Shown: positions 1-10,816 of the stretch, one piece after another
Numbering within the stretch: the stretch's first letter is position 1
Layout of the letters: each line of letters opens with the position of its first letter
NCBI GenBank assembly: GCA_963750355.1
Contig: CAVVQL010000007.1
Span: forward strand, 314,288 to 378,287
DNA: 64,000 bases
Source of the DNA: an uncultured Cytophagales bacterium
Lineage (GTDB): Bacteria > Bacteroidota > Bacteroidia > Cytophagales > Spirosomataceae
Direction of reading: 5' to 3'
Position numbers and translations under genes: made by a program
The notes under the pieces: model-generated
Told to the model about the DNA's origin: nothing
Database searches by the model: none
The model's input: the letters and a program-made list of their open reading frames with translations, nothing else

Positions 1-1599
1 GGACCGATTCGCACCGACCGCGCCGACCTCGACGTTCGCAAAGCCATGTTCGCCACCAGCCGCGACCTCACGTCGCTGGAAGCTGCTTTTTCGGGTGCCG
101 ACGTGTTCATCGGTCTCTCGAAAGGCAACGTGGTTACCCAGGCGATGGTGCAGAGCATGGCCGACAACCCGATCGTGTTTGCCATGGCCAACCCCACACC
201 GGAGATCAGTTATGAGGAAGCGATGGCCGCCCGCCCCGACCTGATTATGGCCACGGGCCGGTCCGACTACCCCAACCAGGTAAACAACGTACTGGGCTTC
301 CCCTACATTTTCCGGGGTGCGCTGGATGTACGGGCCACGGAGATCAACGAGCCGATGAAGCTGGCCGCCACGCTGGCCCTGGCCGAACTCGCCAAGAAGC
401 CCGTTCCCGACATGGTGAACATGGCTTACAGTACCGACAACCTGATGTTCGGCCGGACGTACATCATCCCGAAACCGGTTGATCCGCGCCTGCTGGTCAT
501 GGTGGCCCCCGCCGTAGCGAAAGCCGCCATGGACTCGGGCGTAGCCAAGCAACCCATCACCGACTGGGAGGCCTATGCGCATCAGCTGGCCCGGCGACTG
601 GGACAGGATAACAGCATTTCGAGGGTGATTCTGAACAAAGCCAAGAGTAATCCGAAGCGGGTTGTTTTTGCCGACGCCGAGAACCTGAAAGTGTTGAAAG
701 CCGCCCAGCAGGTACGCGACGAGGGCATTGCCAAGCCGATCTTACTGGGCGAAACAGCCATGATCCGCCAGATGATCGAGCAAAACAGCCTCGACCTGGG
801 CGACACCCCGATTCTTGACCCGCGATCGCCCGAGCAGGATGAGCTGATTGGTCGTTTTGCCGATGTATTTTTTCAGAAGCGGCAACGGAAGGGGCTCAAT
901 CCCCGCGAAGCCCGCAAGCTGATGTACTACCGCAATTATTTCGGGGCCATGATGGTGGAAACCGGCGAGGCGGATGCACTCATCTCCGGCCTGACGCGCA
1001 ACTACCCGGATACGATTCGGCCGGCGTTGCAGATCATTGGTAAACAGGCTGGCGTGCAGCGGGTTGCGGGCATGTACATTCTGATGACCAAGCGCGGGCC
1101 GCTGTTTTTCTCCGATACGACGGTCAATTTCAACCCCACCGCCGAGGAGCTGGTCGAGATCACCGAACTGACGGCCCGTGCGGTAGAGCAGTTCAACATT
1201 AAACCGCGCATTGGTCTGGTTACCTACTCCAACTTTGGCTCAGCCCAGGGCGACGATGCCCAGAAAATGAGCAAGGCCGTGTCGCTGTTACAGGCTAAAT
1301 ACCCCGATATGATCGTCGACGGCGAAATTCAGGCGCACCTTGCCTTCGATACGGAGCTGCTGAAACAGAATCACCCCTTCAGCAAGCTTATCGAAGAGGG
1401 AGCCAACACGCTGATATTCCCGAACCTGTCGGCCAGTAACATTGCCTACAACCTGATGTCGGAAGTGGGTGGGGCCGATGCCATTGGCCCCATTTTGCTC
1501 GGCCTGCATAAACCCGTTCACGTACTCCAGCTCGGCTCTTCCGAACGCGAAATCGTCAACATGGTGGCCATCGCCGTCGTGGAAGCGCAAGGGAAATAA
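1..1599 (+). CDS. maeB: NADP-dependent malic enzyme with C-terminal phosphotransacetylase-like domain (5' end lies upstream of the window)
   Basis: ANPTPEI, ATGRSDYPNQVNNVLGFPYIFRGALDV malic enzyme motifs followed by a PTA-like domain (RVVFADAE, VDGEIQ, LIFPNLSASNIAY, GPILLG). Confidence 0.95.
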   Translation, partial: GPIRTDRADLDVRKAMFATSRDLTSLEAAFSGADVFIGLSKGNVVTQAMVQSMADNPIVFAMANPTPEISYEEAMAARPDLIMATGRSDYPNQVNNVLGFPYIFRGALDVRATEINEPMKLAATLALAELAKKPVPDMVNMAYSTDNLMFGRTYIIPKPVDPRLLVMVAPAVAKAAMDSGVAKQPITDWEAYAHQLARRLGQDNSISRVILNKAKSNPKRVVFADAENLKVLKAAQQVRDEGIAKPILLGETAMIRQMIEQNSLDLGDTPILDPRSPEQDELIGRFADVFFQKRQRKGLNPREARKLMYYRNYFGAMMVETGEADALISGLTRNYPDTIRPALQIIGKQAGVQRVAGMYILMTKRGPLFFSDTTVNFNPTAEELVEITELTARAVEQFNIKPRIGLVTYSNFGSAQGDDAQKMSKAVSLLQAKYPDMIVDGEIQAHLAFDTELLKQNHPFSKLIEEGANTLIFPNLSASNIAYNLMSEVGGADAIGPILLGLHKPVHVLQLGSSEREIVNMVAIAVVEAQGK

Positions 1600-1631
1600 T
1601 TTACGATGGACGAATTACGATGTACGATGTA
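1599..1631 (+). repeat. Heptamer array (ATTTACG/ATGGACG/AATTACG/ATGTACG), left arm of an inverted repeat around the four-helix-bundle gene
   Basis: atttacg atggacg aattacg atgtacg atgta begins at the maeB stop; complementary to 2142-2174. Confidence 0.85.
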
Positions 1632-1718
1632 AATGGCAGCTCCTACTGTCCGTCTCAAAGGCCACTTGCTGTATAGTAAGGCGTTGGGTTGTTTGTCAAT
1701 ATTGGTTGCGTAACCCTT

Positions 1719-1758
1719 AATTCGTAAATCGTAATTCGTAAATCGTAAATCATATCGT
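1719..1758 (+). repeat. Internal heptamer array (AATTCGT/AAATCGT) directly before the four-helix-bundle start codon
   Basis: aattcgt aaatcgt aattcgt aaatcgt aaatcat; opposite orientation to the 1599-1631 array. Confidence 0.85.
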
Positions 1759-2128
1759 GGATAGTACCGAATTGAAGAAGCGAACAAAACGGTTCGCCCT
1801 GATGGTGATTGATCTTGTTGGACAAATTCCTGAGAACACGGCGGGAAGAGCCATCAGAAATCAACTTGTGCGTTGCGGCACGTCGGTTGGGGCTAATTAT
1901 CGGGCGGCATGTCGCGCAAAATCAACGGCAGATTTTATATCTAAAATTGACAATGTGGAGGAAGAAGCCGACGAATCATGCTATTGGATTGAACTTACCG
2001 CTGAAGCTGCCTTACTACCACGCGAAACTGTTGCACCCGTCTGGCGAGAAGCAAATGAGTTGACAGCCATCTTTACTCAAATTAGTAAGACCTCGAAGGA
2101 CAGCAGAGATAAGCTGAAAAGGGTCTGA
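1757..2128 (+). CDS. Four helix bundle protein (23S rRNA IVS-encoded / S23-like, TIGR02436 family)
   Basis: QLVRCGTSVGANYRAACRAKSTADFISKIDNVEEEADESCYWIEL is the family signature; GTG start. Confidence 0.9.
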   Translation: MDSTELKKRTKRFALMVIDLVGQIPENTAGRAIRNQLVRCGTSVGANYRAACRAKSTADFISKIDNVEEEADESCYWIELTAEAALLPRETVAPVWREANELTAIFTQISKTSKDSRDKLKRV

Positions 2129-2141
2129 GTTATCGGCCCTC

Positions 2142-2174
2142 TACATCGTAAATCGTCCATCGTACCTCGTAAAT
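2142..2174 (+). repeat. Heptamer array, right arm of the inverted repeat; ends 3 nt before the trpS ATG
   Basis: tacatcgtaaatcgtccatcgtacctcgtaaat; its reverse complement matches the left arm at 22 of 23 nt over the core. Confidence 0.85.
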
Positions 2175-2177
2175 CAC

Positions 2178-3160
2178 ATGTCTCGCATATTAACCGGTAT
2201 CCAGAGCAGCGGGCGGCCGCATCTGGGCAATATCCTGGGCGCTATCTTGCCCGCCATACAGTTGTCGCAACAAGCTGACAATGAGTCGTTTTTGTTCATT
2301 GCCGACCTGCATTCGCTGACCACGCTGAAAGAGGGCGACGCCCGTCGGGAATACGTGCGGGCCATTGCCGCCACCTGGCTGGCGTTCGGCTACGACACGG
2401 TTCGGAACACCATGTGGCGGCAGTCGCGGGTACCCGAGCATACCGAACTGGCCTGGTACCTGAACTGCTTCACCCCCATGGCGATGCTGCAAAACGCAAC
2501 CTCGTACAAGGATAAGGTAGAGAAAGTGCCGGGGTCTGGAAGTGCCGGTTTGTTCACGTACCCGGTGTTGCAGGCGGCCGACATTCTGCTGTATGATACG
2601 GATCTGGTGCCCGTTGGGAAAGATCAGCGGCAGCATATCGAAATGACCCGCGACATTGCCTCATCGGTAAACCATCAGTATGGCGAAGAAATTTTCGTGT
2701 TGCCCGAAGCCCGCATCGACGAGCGGATCATGACCATTCCGGGCATCGACGGGGCCAAGATGAGCAAGTCGTACAACAACTACATCGACATTTTCCAGCC
2801 CGCCAACGAGTTGTATAAGGTTATTAAGAAAGATCAAATCCGACTCGACCCCGCTGGAAGAACCTAAAGAATCCGGACACCGACATTACGTTTCAACTCT
2901 ACGAATTGATGGCTTCCGAGGAGCAGTCAGCCCAGATGCGGCGCAACTACGAAGCGGGTGGCTACGGCTACGGTCATGCCAAAAAAGAACTGTACGAACT
3001 GATGGTGGAACGCTTTGCCACCGAACGCGAACGCTTTACTGAACTGATGGCCGAGGGCAACCCCGAACTGGAACGCGAGCTACGCGCCGGTGAAGAAAAA
3101 GCCCGCGCCGTTGCTTCGGCCACCATCAACCGGGTACGCCGGGTAATGGGATTCAATTAA
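2178..3160 (+). CDS. trpS: Tryptophan--tRNA ligase, split by two apparent +1 frameshifts (about 2830 and 2868), likely sequence errors
   Basis: HLGN (HIGH-type) and KMSKS motifs, YPVLQAADIL, VPVGKDQ; C-terminal GYGYGHAKKEL lies in another frame. Confidence 0.92.
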
Positions 3161-3210
3161 CAGGTTCGGGTATATTACCCGGCCGGGCAAAGGATGAGTG
3201 GGCATAGGGC

Positions 3211-4295
3211 TCACTCAGTCCTTTCCACCATAACAGAAAACCCGATGAAGTCGAAGGTTATCTTGGGAAGCGCAGGGTTACCGGGTGGGCGTCGGGCGGT
3301 GTTGCGTATATTAACGAGTTTAAGGAGTAGGTCGAACCAGAAAGGTGCCCCGAAGGATAGGGCCGCAATGGTCAGTAGCCACCCCCCCACCGCCGACCAG
3401 CCTCTTTGGTCAGGCTGAAGACGCCAGCCGCTTTTAGCATCGATCCAGCCGACAGGCAGTTGTAAGGCATCAAACTTATTCGCCACAAACGTTACGTAAG
3501 CTGTTTGCAGCAACAGTTTATCAGAATCAGTAAGGTTAGCTTTGATTGTTTTCGTAGAGTCAGGGCCAGTAGCGGTGAATGCTGCTTATGCAGGAACGCG
3601 ATAAACTCGGGTTCATTCTTCTTAAGCGAATCACTACCCTTCTCGGCCGTGCGGATAGCCTGAGCGACTACCCGCTCGCGCAGCCCGTCATCGTTGAAGA
3701 GCTGGTTGACGAGGTGGATTGAATCAATATTCAGGAGAACGGTAATCGCTATGGAAACAAGCCATACCACGCCCTGCGCATAGCGCTTGAACCAGCCGGA
3801 GACCTGCTCCATATAGCCGTTGTACCACTGCTCGAGCTGATCCTTAAACGCCTGAAAATCATCTGATTTAGCTAATATGGGCTCGATTAACTCGCGCACC
3901 TCGCTTACGGTGGTCTGTTTCAACCCCTGCTGAATAGCCGCAAGTGATTGCTTTGTTACATATTGATCAACGTTGCCTTGTTCGTCAGGCAAACGCCCGG
4001 CTTTGATCAGCAGATCAATCAGAACAGTTGAAAAAGAATCGGCCGATAAGTAACTGACCGGCTTCATGAACCCCCAAAACCGCTGCCGTTTAACAGCCGT
4101 CAGCTTATGAGCAAAAAACGCGGTGGCGAGCGGCTCGCCCAGCAACTTGTCGAGCGCAATCCGCAATAGCCTTGCCCGCTGCTCGATAAACGTGTTGATG
4201 AACTCAACAATACCCGATACGAATACGCTTAAAACAAAGAAGATGAAGATCAGGCCAATCGCTACGTCGAGCAGGACAGGTACGTTCATTTTCAT
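3211..4295 (-). CDS. Conserved hypothetical membrane protein, frameshifted near 3500-3570
   Basis: N-terminal TM (LDVAIGLIFIFFVLS) and central WFKR..Q + TM in one ORF; C-terminal LPVGW...GWLLTIAALSFGAPFWFDLL in the next ORF. Confidence 0.7.
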
Positions 4296-4437
4296 AATCG
4301 GGTGGGTTTATAGGCCTCGTATTTAGCCCGATAAAGGTGTGGCAACGTATCGACATATTGACCGTGAGAATCACCCTTTCCGTATGTAGATTTACCCCCT
4401 TTATTACTCCATTAGTGACCTGATTTCCCCTGCGTTA

Positions 4438-5214
4438 ATGACTGCCAACCCAACCCTGATTCGCGAACTGGCGAAAATGATCGATCATTCGCTGCTGCAC
4501 CCGACCCTCACCGACGCCGAGTTGCGCGAGGGTTGCGCCGTGGCGTTGCATTACGATGTGGCATCGGTCTGCATTAAACCCTACGCGGTGCCGCTGGCCG
4601 CTGAACTACTGGCCGGTTCTGGGGTGCTGGTGGGCACTGTAATCGGCTTTCCGGCGGGCAATTCAACCACGGCCGTGAAGGTAGCCGAAACCATGCAGGC
4701 CTGCCGCGATGGAGCCGTTGAGATCGACATGGTGGTGAATATCGGCAAGGTGCTGGGTGAAGATTATGACTACGTTCGCCATGAGATCAAGGCTGTTCAC
4801 GAGGCCTGCCGGGCCCACGGAGCCATTCTGAAAGTGATCTTCGAGAACGATTACCTGCCCAACGATTCGTACATTATCCGGCTTTGTGAGATCTGCACGG
4901 AAGTGGGTGCCGAGTTCGTCAAGACCTCAACGGGTTACGGATTTGTGAAAGGGGTAGACGGCAGGTACAGCTACGAAGGGGCAACCATTCCCCATCTACA
5001 GCTAATGCTCGATCATGTAGGGCCAACTGTCCGGGTGAAAGCGGCGGGTGGCGTGCGTACCCTCGACGGTCTGTTGCAGGTAAAGGAAATGGGCGTTTCC
5101 CGGCTCGGTGCTTCAGCCACAGCAACCATCATGCAGGAAGCCTACCGCCGTTTCGGTGCCCCCACAGCGGGCAACGTGCCGATGCCCGGCAGCGGTGAAA
5201 TGAAAGGCTATTGA
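4438..5214 (+). CDS. deoC: Deoxyribose-phosphate aldolase
   Basis: IDHSLL, VIGFPAG, EIDMVVN, LKVIFE, FVKTSTG, KAAGGVR motifs. Confidence 0.95.
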   Translation: MTANPTLIRELAKMIDHSLLHPTLTDAELREGCAVALHYDVASVCIKPYAVPLAAELLAGSGVLVGTVIGFPAGNSTTAVKVAETMQACRDGAVEIDMVVNIGKVLGEDYDYVRHEIKAVHEACRAHGAILKVIFENDYLPNDSYIIRLCEICTEVGAEFVKTSTGYGFVKGVDGRYSYEGATIPHLQLMLDHVGPTVRVKAAGGVRTLDGLLQVKEMGVSRLGASATATIMQEAYRRFGAPTAGNVPMPGSGEMKGY

Positions 5215-5239
5215 TGCTTTTGTACATTTCCTACTTTGT

Positions 5240-5338
5240 TTGTCATTCAGACGCCAGGAGGAATCGTGGCGTTCCTGTTGAGAAGGAAGAGATTCTGCCA
5301 TTCCGACGCCACGATTCCTCCTGGCGTCGGAATGACAA
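5240..5338. repeat. REP-like palindromic element (TGTCATTCnGAC...GTCGGAATGACA)
   Basis: 33-bp arms 5240-5272 and 5306-5338 are near-perfect reverse complements. Confidence 0.85.
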
Positions 5339-5377
5339 CAAAGCGCAATTACCCTAATCCCCAATTACCCAATCCCT

Positions 5378-6292
5378 ATGCTACATCTCGGTTTTGTCTC
5401 GGCGATCCTGCCCAATTATGACCTGAATTCGACGCTAAAGTTCGCTTCGACGCATGGATTCAAGTGCGTGGAATTAATGTGCTGGCCTTCAGGTAATGCT
5501 GATGCACGCCGTTACGCTGGCGTTACCCATATCGACGTCGATCACCTCGATGTCGCCTACGTGCATACGCTCTGCCAGCAATACGGCGTCTACATTTCCG
5601 GGCTGGGCTACTACCCGAACCCACTGGATGCCAACGCCGAGCAGGCTGAATTTTACCGGGAACATATCAAAAAGATCATCCGGGCGGCGGCGAAATTAGG
5701 TGTGCCGGTGGTGAACACGTTTATTGGCCGTAACCCGTCGCTGAACGTACAGGACAACCTGAAACTGGTTGCCGAGCACTGGCCTGCGCTGGTGAAGGTG
5801 GCCGAAGAGCATAACGTGAAGATCGGTATCGAAAACTGCCCCATGTGGTTCAGCGACGATGAGTGGCCCGGTGGCAAAAACATCGCCACGACCCCTGCCA
5901 TCTGGGACCGGCTGTTCGAGATTATTCCCTCGCGGGCGCTGGGCCTGAACTACGACCCCAGCCACCTGATCTGGCAGATGATGGACGAGGTACGCCCTAT
6001 CTACGACTATCGCGACCGACTGCACCATATCCATCTGAAAGACGCAAAACTCTACCGCGATCGTCTGGACCGGGTGGGCATCATGGCGAATCCGCTGGAG
6101 TACCATTCGCCCAAGCTCCCCGGCCTGGGCGATGTGCGCTGGAGTGCCTTCTTCGCCGCCCTCACCGACGTGCGGTATCGTGGCCCCGTATGCATCGAGG
6201 TAGAAGACAAAGCCTTTGAAGGCTCTCCTGAAGATAGACAATCCGCTATTCTGACCGCCCGGAATTACCTGCGGCAGTTTTTAGCAGACTAG
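5378..6292 (+). CDS. Sugar phosphate isomerase/epimerase (xylose isomerase-like TIM barrel)
   Basis: IGIENCP, LNYDPSH, HIHLKD, LPGLGDVRW, IEVED metal-binding motifs. Confidence 0.88.
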   Translation: MLHLGFVSAILPNYDLNSTLKFASTHGFKCVELMCWPSGNADARRYAGVTHIDVDHLDVAYVHTLCQQYGVYISGLGYYPNPLDANAEQAEFYREHIKKIIRAAAKLGVPVVNTFIGRNPSLNVQDNLKLVAEHWPALVKVAEEHNVKIGIENCPMWFSDDEWPGGKNIATTPAIWDRLFEIIPSRALGLNYDPSHLIWQMMDEVRPIYDYRDRLHHIHLKDAKLYRDRLDRVGIMANPLEYHSPKLPGLGDVRWSAFFAALTDVRYRGPVCIEVEDKAFEGSPEDRQSAILTARNYLRQFLAD

Positions 6293-6527
6293 TTATTGGG
6301 GGGGCTATTCACTACATTTAGTAGCATTTACCCATTTACCCATTCACCCATCATTTGCACGAAGTGGTGTGAAGCTGAAGATACATTTATCAGCTACAAT
6401 ACCCGGCTCTACCGATGACCTCTCAATAGAGCATTCAGTCGATTCAGTCATCTTTCATGCCAGTCGTTTTCAGTTGACAATACGTTTCCCAACTCCGTAA
6501 CTCATTTGCAATCGCAAGCCTCCACCT

Positions 6528-6995
6528 ATGAATACAAGTTCACTTCGCCTACTTCTCGCGGATGATGACGAAGACGATTGTTATTTTTTTAAAGAGGCAT
6601 TAGCTGGTTTGCCTATTGCCACAACGCTGACCGTGGTACACGATGGGGAACAACTGATGGAACTACTCCATGACAAAACCTCTGACCTGCCCGATATTAT
6701 TTTTCTCGACCTCAACATGCCATGTAAAAGTGGCCAGGAATGTCTACTGGAGATACGCCTCGACGTACGACTGAGGCGGCTTCCGGTCATCATCTTATCT
6801 ACGTTTATCGGCCCGGATGTTGAAGAGAACCTGTACCGAAGTGGAGCGAGTCATTGCATCGTCAAACCGACTAACATTGCTCAACTCAAAGACGTCATTC
6901 AACGCGCACTTGCGCTGACAGTGGAGGATGACGGCTCAGCATCGGCCAAAGATGGCTTCATTATCGAGGTAGATCCGAAGGTGGGAATATCATGA
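6528..6995 (+). CDS. Single-domain response regulator (receiver)
   Basis: LLADDDEDD, IFLDLNMP, IILST, KP. Confidence 0.9.
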   Translation: MNTSSLRLLLADDDEDDCYFFKEALAGLPIATTLTVVHDGEQLMELLHDKTSDLPDIIFLDLNMPCKSGQECLLEIRLDVRLRRLPVIILSTFIGPDVEENLYRSGASHCIVKPTNIAQLKDVIQRALALTVEDDGSASAKDGFIIEVDPKVGIS

Positions 6996-9900
6996 AAGAA
7001 GACGGGAAAATACTGTCCGAAAACCTCTTCCCGGTGGTGGGTATCGGTGCGTCGGCGGGCGGACTGGAGGCCTTTCGGAGCTTTATCAAGGCCATATCTG
7101 ACCAGTCGGGTATGGCTTATGTGCTGGTGCAGCATCTGGACCCCAACCACGAAAGCCTGTTGCCCGAACTGCTGCAAAAGGTCACGAATATTCCGGTGCT
7201 GGAAATTGCGGACGACGTTAAGGTTCAGCCCGACCATATTTATATTCTGCCCAGCAATAAAATGCTGGTGGCTAACGATGGCGTGCTACAGCTGAGCCCC
7301 CGCACCGCAAAAAAAGGGGAACTCAACCTGCCTATCGATCTTTTTTTTACGTCACTGGCCGAAATTCACCATAACCATGCTATCGGCGTCGTGTTGTCTG
7401 GCACGGGCAGCGATGGTACCAACGGCCTGAAAGCGATCAGGGCCCATGAAGGGATCACCTTCGCCCAGGACGAAGCGTCGGCAGGTTATCCGGGTATGCC
7501 CCATAGTGCCGTACAGGCCGAGGTGGTCGACTTTGTGCTGCCGCCCGGCGAAATGCCCCAAAAGCTCCTGGAAGTCGCCCGTATTATTAATGGAGAAGCC
7601 AGTAAGGAGTCAGCTGCTACGCAGTCGGATAACGATGTATTTGGCAAGATTCTGTCCCTGTTGCGTACCCGCCGAAAAACAGATTTCACCTATTACAAAC
7701 AGACCACTATTCGTCGGCGAATCCTGCGCCGGATGGCGATCAGCAAAAACGAAACCCCGCTGATTACCTTCATTACCTGCGGGAAAACCCGTCAGAGCAG
7801 GATGCCTTGTATCAGGATCTGTTGATTCCGGTAACTTCATTTTTCCGCGACAATCCCGTATTTGATAATTTATGCGAATCCGTTTTCCCTCATATTACCA
7901 AAAAAACAGCCGGTGAACCTATCCGGGTGTGGGTGGCGGGGTGCAGCACCGGCGAAGAAGCTTACTCCATTGCGATCTGCTTTAGCGAATATCTGGGCGA
8001 CAGGACAGGAACGGGTGCAGATTTTCGCCAGCGATTTGAGCGAACAGGCCATTGTTAAAGCCCGCGCTGGTATGTACACCAAAGCCGACGTGAGCGGGGT
8101 GAGCGCGAAGCGGCTACAGGAGTTTTTCACGAAAACCCATGGCGGTTACCAGATCAATAAATCGGTGCGGGCTATGTGCGTGTTTGCTCCGCACAATTTC
8201 CTGACCGATCCACCTTTTGGCAAACTGGATTTTATCAGCTGCCGCAACGTGCTGATTTACATGAGTCCGTACCTGCAAAAAAAGGCCCTCACCACCTTTC
8301 ATTACGCCCTGAACCCAAGTGGATTTTTACTGCTTGGTAAGTCAGAAACCACCAGCGGTGTGCCTGACCTGTTTGCGGCTGCCGCCAAAAATGAAAAATT
8401 ATTTACCCGTAAAGATGCGCCCACCCGGTTCATTCCAGTCGTTAGTGTGGACAGGGTACACACTTCCCATCCCACCAAAACGAACCCGAAAACCGAACCA
8501 ATGCAAACCGATTTCCAGAAAACAGCCGACGATATTATTCTGGGTAAGTATTCGCCTGTTGGTGTGGTCGTGGATGAGTCGCTGGATATTGTGCATTTTC
8601 GGGGTAACACGGCTAACTATCTGGAACAATCGTCGGGCAAGCCCACCCATAATCTGCTGTTGATGGCCAAAAGCGGCCTGGCGTTTGAGTTGCGGAACGT
8701 GCTTCACAAGGTCAAGAAAGAAAAAGCCCCGGTTACCAAAGAAAACATCCCGGTAGACATAAACGGCAGCCTGACCAACATCACCATTGAAGCCATTCCG
8801 TTGCCTAACAGTATTGAGCCGCATTACCTAGTTCTTTTTCACAACAGCCCGTCCATTGGCAGTAAGCCGCCAACCGGCAACACGAAAACCAGCACAAGGT
8901 CGCGGAAAGACGATAAGGATTTGCGCATTCTACAGCTGGAGCAGGAACTGGTGCAGCTCCGCGACGATATGCGCGGCATTACCGAAGACCAGGAAGCCGT
9001 AAACGAAGAACTGCAAAGTGCCAACGAAGAACTGCTGAGTGGCAACGAAGAGTTGCAAAGCCTGAACGAAGAAGTGGAAAGCAGCAAAGAAGAACTGCAA
9101 AGCACCGTTGAAGAACTGACGGTAGTGAATCAGGAAATGGTTAGCCTGAATGAACAGGTAACCGACGCCCGGGATTATGCCGAAGCCATTATTGCCAATA
9201 TCCGCGAGCCGCTGCTGGTGCTGAACCGCAACCTGCGGGTAAAACAGGCTAACCAGTCTTTTTATCGAACATTCCGGGTCAGTGAAGCCGAAACGGAAGG
9301 GACGCTGGTGTATGACCTGGGCAACCGCCAGTGGAACATTCCCCAACTGCGCACGCTTCTGGAGCACATTCTGCCCGAAAAATCGACGTTCAGTGATTTT
9401 GAGATTACCCACTACTTTACCGAAATCGGGGAGCGGATCATGCTGCTGAACGCCCGTGAGATCGTGAATAAAAAAAGCGCGGACAGACTGATTCTGCTGT
9501 CGATCGAAGACATTACCAAAGCAGCAAAAGCGCGGGATGCTGAACGGCTGGCAACGAAACGATTTCAGTTCATCGCCGACTCAATGCCGCAAAAAGTCTG
9601 GACGGCGGATGCTGCCGGCAACGTGGATTACTATAACCAGAGCTGGTTCGACTACACCGGGCTTCCGTTCGACGACCTGAAAAGTTTGGGATGGGAAAAA
9701 ATCATTCACCCCGACGACCGGGACGAGTATAAAAAGCGCTGGCAGCAATCCATTGATTCCGGTGACGATTTTGAGATGGAGCACCGCTTCATAAACGCGG
9801 CGGGTGACTACAGATGGCATCTGAGCCGGGCGCTTGCCTACAAAGATGAAAGCGCTAACATCAACATGTGGGTCGGCACTAACACCGAAATCCAGGAGCA

Positions 9901-10732
9901 GAAAGAACAGAAAGAAGTACTGGAAAAAGCCGTCGTCAGCCGGACGCATGAACTGCGGTTGGCTAACGAAACGCTGGGCAGAAAAAATGATGAGCTCAAA
10001 AAGATGAATAAAGAACTCGAATCGTTCACGTACATATCGAGTCATGATTTGCAGGAACCGCTCCGAAAAATACAGACCTTAGCCAACAGCATTCTTGAGA
10101 AAGAAAATCAAAATCTCTCTGTTGGCGGCCGGGACTCGTTCAGGCGGATGCAGCAGTCAGCCGAACGGATGCAGCGCCTCATTCAGGATCTGCTTGCCTT
10201 CTCCAGGCTGAGCAGCCACGAATTGAACCGCGAAACCATTGAGTTCGGCCTGCTGGTGAACGAGGTAGTGAACGAACTCAGGGAGACTATCGACGAAAAG
10301 CAAGCTATCATCGACGTTACCGACCATTGTCCGGTCAATGTAGTGGTATTTCAGTTTCGCCAGCTGCTGACCAACCTGATTAGCAATGCCCTCAAATTCT
10401 CGAATCCGGCCATACCTCCACACATTCGCATAACCTGTGTTGTGGTGAAAGGCAGCGATGCGGCGAACGACCTGTTAGTACCGAACGAGACGTACTATCA
10501 CCTTACCGTGAGCGATAACGGGATCGGTTTTGACCAGAAATACAACGAAAAAATATTTGACGTTTTCCAGCGGCTTCACCGAAAAGAGCAGTACGATGGC
10601 ACGGGCATTGGTCTGTCTATCGTGAAAAAGATCGTGGAAAATCACAACGGCCTTATCCTGGCCACGGGCGAGCTGACCAAAGGTGCCCGGTTCGATGTTT
10701 ACATACCTACCACCGAAGAATCCCAGCGTTGA
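6992..10732 (+). CDS. CheB methylesterase-CheR methyltransferase-PAS-histidine kinase hybrid, with several frameshifts at 7760-8010
   Basis: GASAGG, VQHL, SGTGSDG (CheB); RVWVAGCSTGEE, ISCRNVLIY (CheR); NEELQS coiled coil; PAS; SHDLQEPLRKI H-box; DNGIGF and GTGIGL. Confidence 0.88.
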
Positions 10733-10780
10733 TACCTTGCTAAACAACGCCAAACCAGTCACACATGGCTTGTTGCTACC

Positions 10781-10806
10781 GTGAGGCCGGGGTAACCCGG
10801 CCTCAC
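10781..10806. terminator. Hairpin between convergent genes
   Basis: gtgaggccggg-gtaa-cccggcctcac, perfect 11-bp stem. Confidence 0.6.
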
Positions 10807-10816
10807 GTGTCGTGCG

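Noticed and set aside
1757-2128. Diversity-generating retroelement (Avd-like gene)
   Set aside because: No reverse transcriptase and no TR/VR pair seen in the window.
2820-2880. Programmed frameshifting or pseudogenisation of trpS
   Set aside because: trpS is normally essential and the breaks are extra A's in short runs. Similar single-base indels hit many unrelated genes here (about 3500, 7760-8010, 12445, 19220, 22200, 61722, 63722), so long-read assembly error is more likely.
6327-6460. Short octamer repeats (TTTACCCA x3, ATTCAGTC x2)
   Set aside because: Too short and unpaired to call as an element.
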